64,000 bases of DNA from Saccostrea echinata (taxonomy: Eukaryota), in the NCBI RefSeq assembly GCF_033153115.1, contig NW_026889774.1, positions 12,524,001 through 12,588,000 of the forward strand, written 5' to 3'. A program made the translations under genes and the position numbers. The notes under the pieces were generated by a model, which had not been told where the DNA came from, did not search any database, and was given only the letters and a program-made list of their open reading frames with translations. Below, piece by piece: positions 63,385-64,000 of the stretch (its first letter is position 1; each line of letters opens with the position of its first letter).

Positions 63385-63949
63385 TAGTCCGAAATATCTG
63401 ACGTTTTCCTGGCCTTTTTTCACGATTTTGATATTTTACGTGCCAGGAAAACGTCAGAACCGGCGCCATTACGAAAACTGGAAATTTCGCCGTCTCGAAC
63501 CGGAGTTGATTTTCGATACTTGCAAACCAAATTAAATGCCGAACTCACAATTTATCAATAGCACAATGCGTCTAGTACTCACCAATATCGATGAAAAAGA
63601 AAACATCACTCCACATTTCGATACAGGACTTGCAAGATTTTAAAATGCACGAAATGAATACAAATCTCGACAGTCAGATAAAATGTTTTCATCGGACTGT
63701 ATATTTTATAAACGAACCATAAAAACTATGTTGACGAGTATTAAAATATTGTACTATTATTAAGTTGTGAGATTGAAATTTAATTCGGTTCGCAAGTATC
63801 AAAAATCAGCCCGAGAATGCCGCCTCCTGTTGGAGTTGGCGAATTCCCAGTTTTCGTAATGGCGCCGGTTCTGAAGTTTTCCTGGCATGTAAAATATCAA
63901 AATCGTAAAAAAAAAAAAAAGCCAGGAAGACGTCAAATATTTCGGACTA
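63385..63949. mobile_element. Non-autonomous AcademH-like transposon
   Basis: TAG...CTA termini, long (>100 bp) TIRs (TAGTCCGAAATAT.TGACGT.TTCCTGGC...), 9-bp TSD CCATTTACT / CGATTTACT (8/9 match). Confidence 0.8.
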
Positions 63950-64000
63950 CGATTTACTATGAAAAGAACAAAAAAATGATAGCATTTAGGGTATATGTAT

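Overview
AT-rich, intron-containing animal genomic DNA. The repeat families (HINE/Helentron-type elements with GACA tracts, a Deu/Nin-domain tRNA-SINE, Naiad-type Penelope fragments) and gene types point to a bivalve, probably an oyster (inference). Genes assembled by hand from splice sites and reading frame: (1) an intact single-coding-exon cGAS-like receptor (Mab-21/cGLR nucleotidyltransferase plus C-terminal TPR-like helices, 4064-6166 +), followed by a decayed tandem copy split by a Sola2-like DNA transposon that itself carries a SINE; (2) an S/R-rich plus NHL-like beta-propeller gene (15078-16310 -); (3) guanylate kinase GUK1 (8 exons, -) with an in-frame upstream exon encoding a mitochondrial-presequence-like extension; (4) an orphan, disordered Q/H/R/S-rich gene (+, 37.1-40.6 kb) whose introns are all phase 0 and whose 5' end looks damaged; (5) a probable decayed IgGFc-binding-domain pseudogene; (6) SUCO (at least 21 coding exons, -, start not resolved); and (7) the first coding exon (MPPKKKKGKGKGKKKKKD) of a divergent, probably ciliary gene. 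Intergenic and intronic space is full of non-autonomous DNA transposons (mariner/Tc1, Sola2-, Harbinger-, Kolobok-, Zator-, MULE-, AcademH-like), HINEs, palindromes and microsatellites, plus three assembly gaps. There are no prokaryotic features, CRISPR arrays or rRNA. I did not find a clear-cut new multi-gene system. The best leads are the cGLR birth-and-death locus, dual-targeted GUK1, an array of seven exact 15-mers inside the Sola2-like element, direct evidence that TACATGTA words are insertion footprints, the orphan gene, and candidate structured RNAs.
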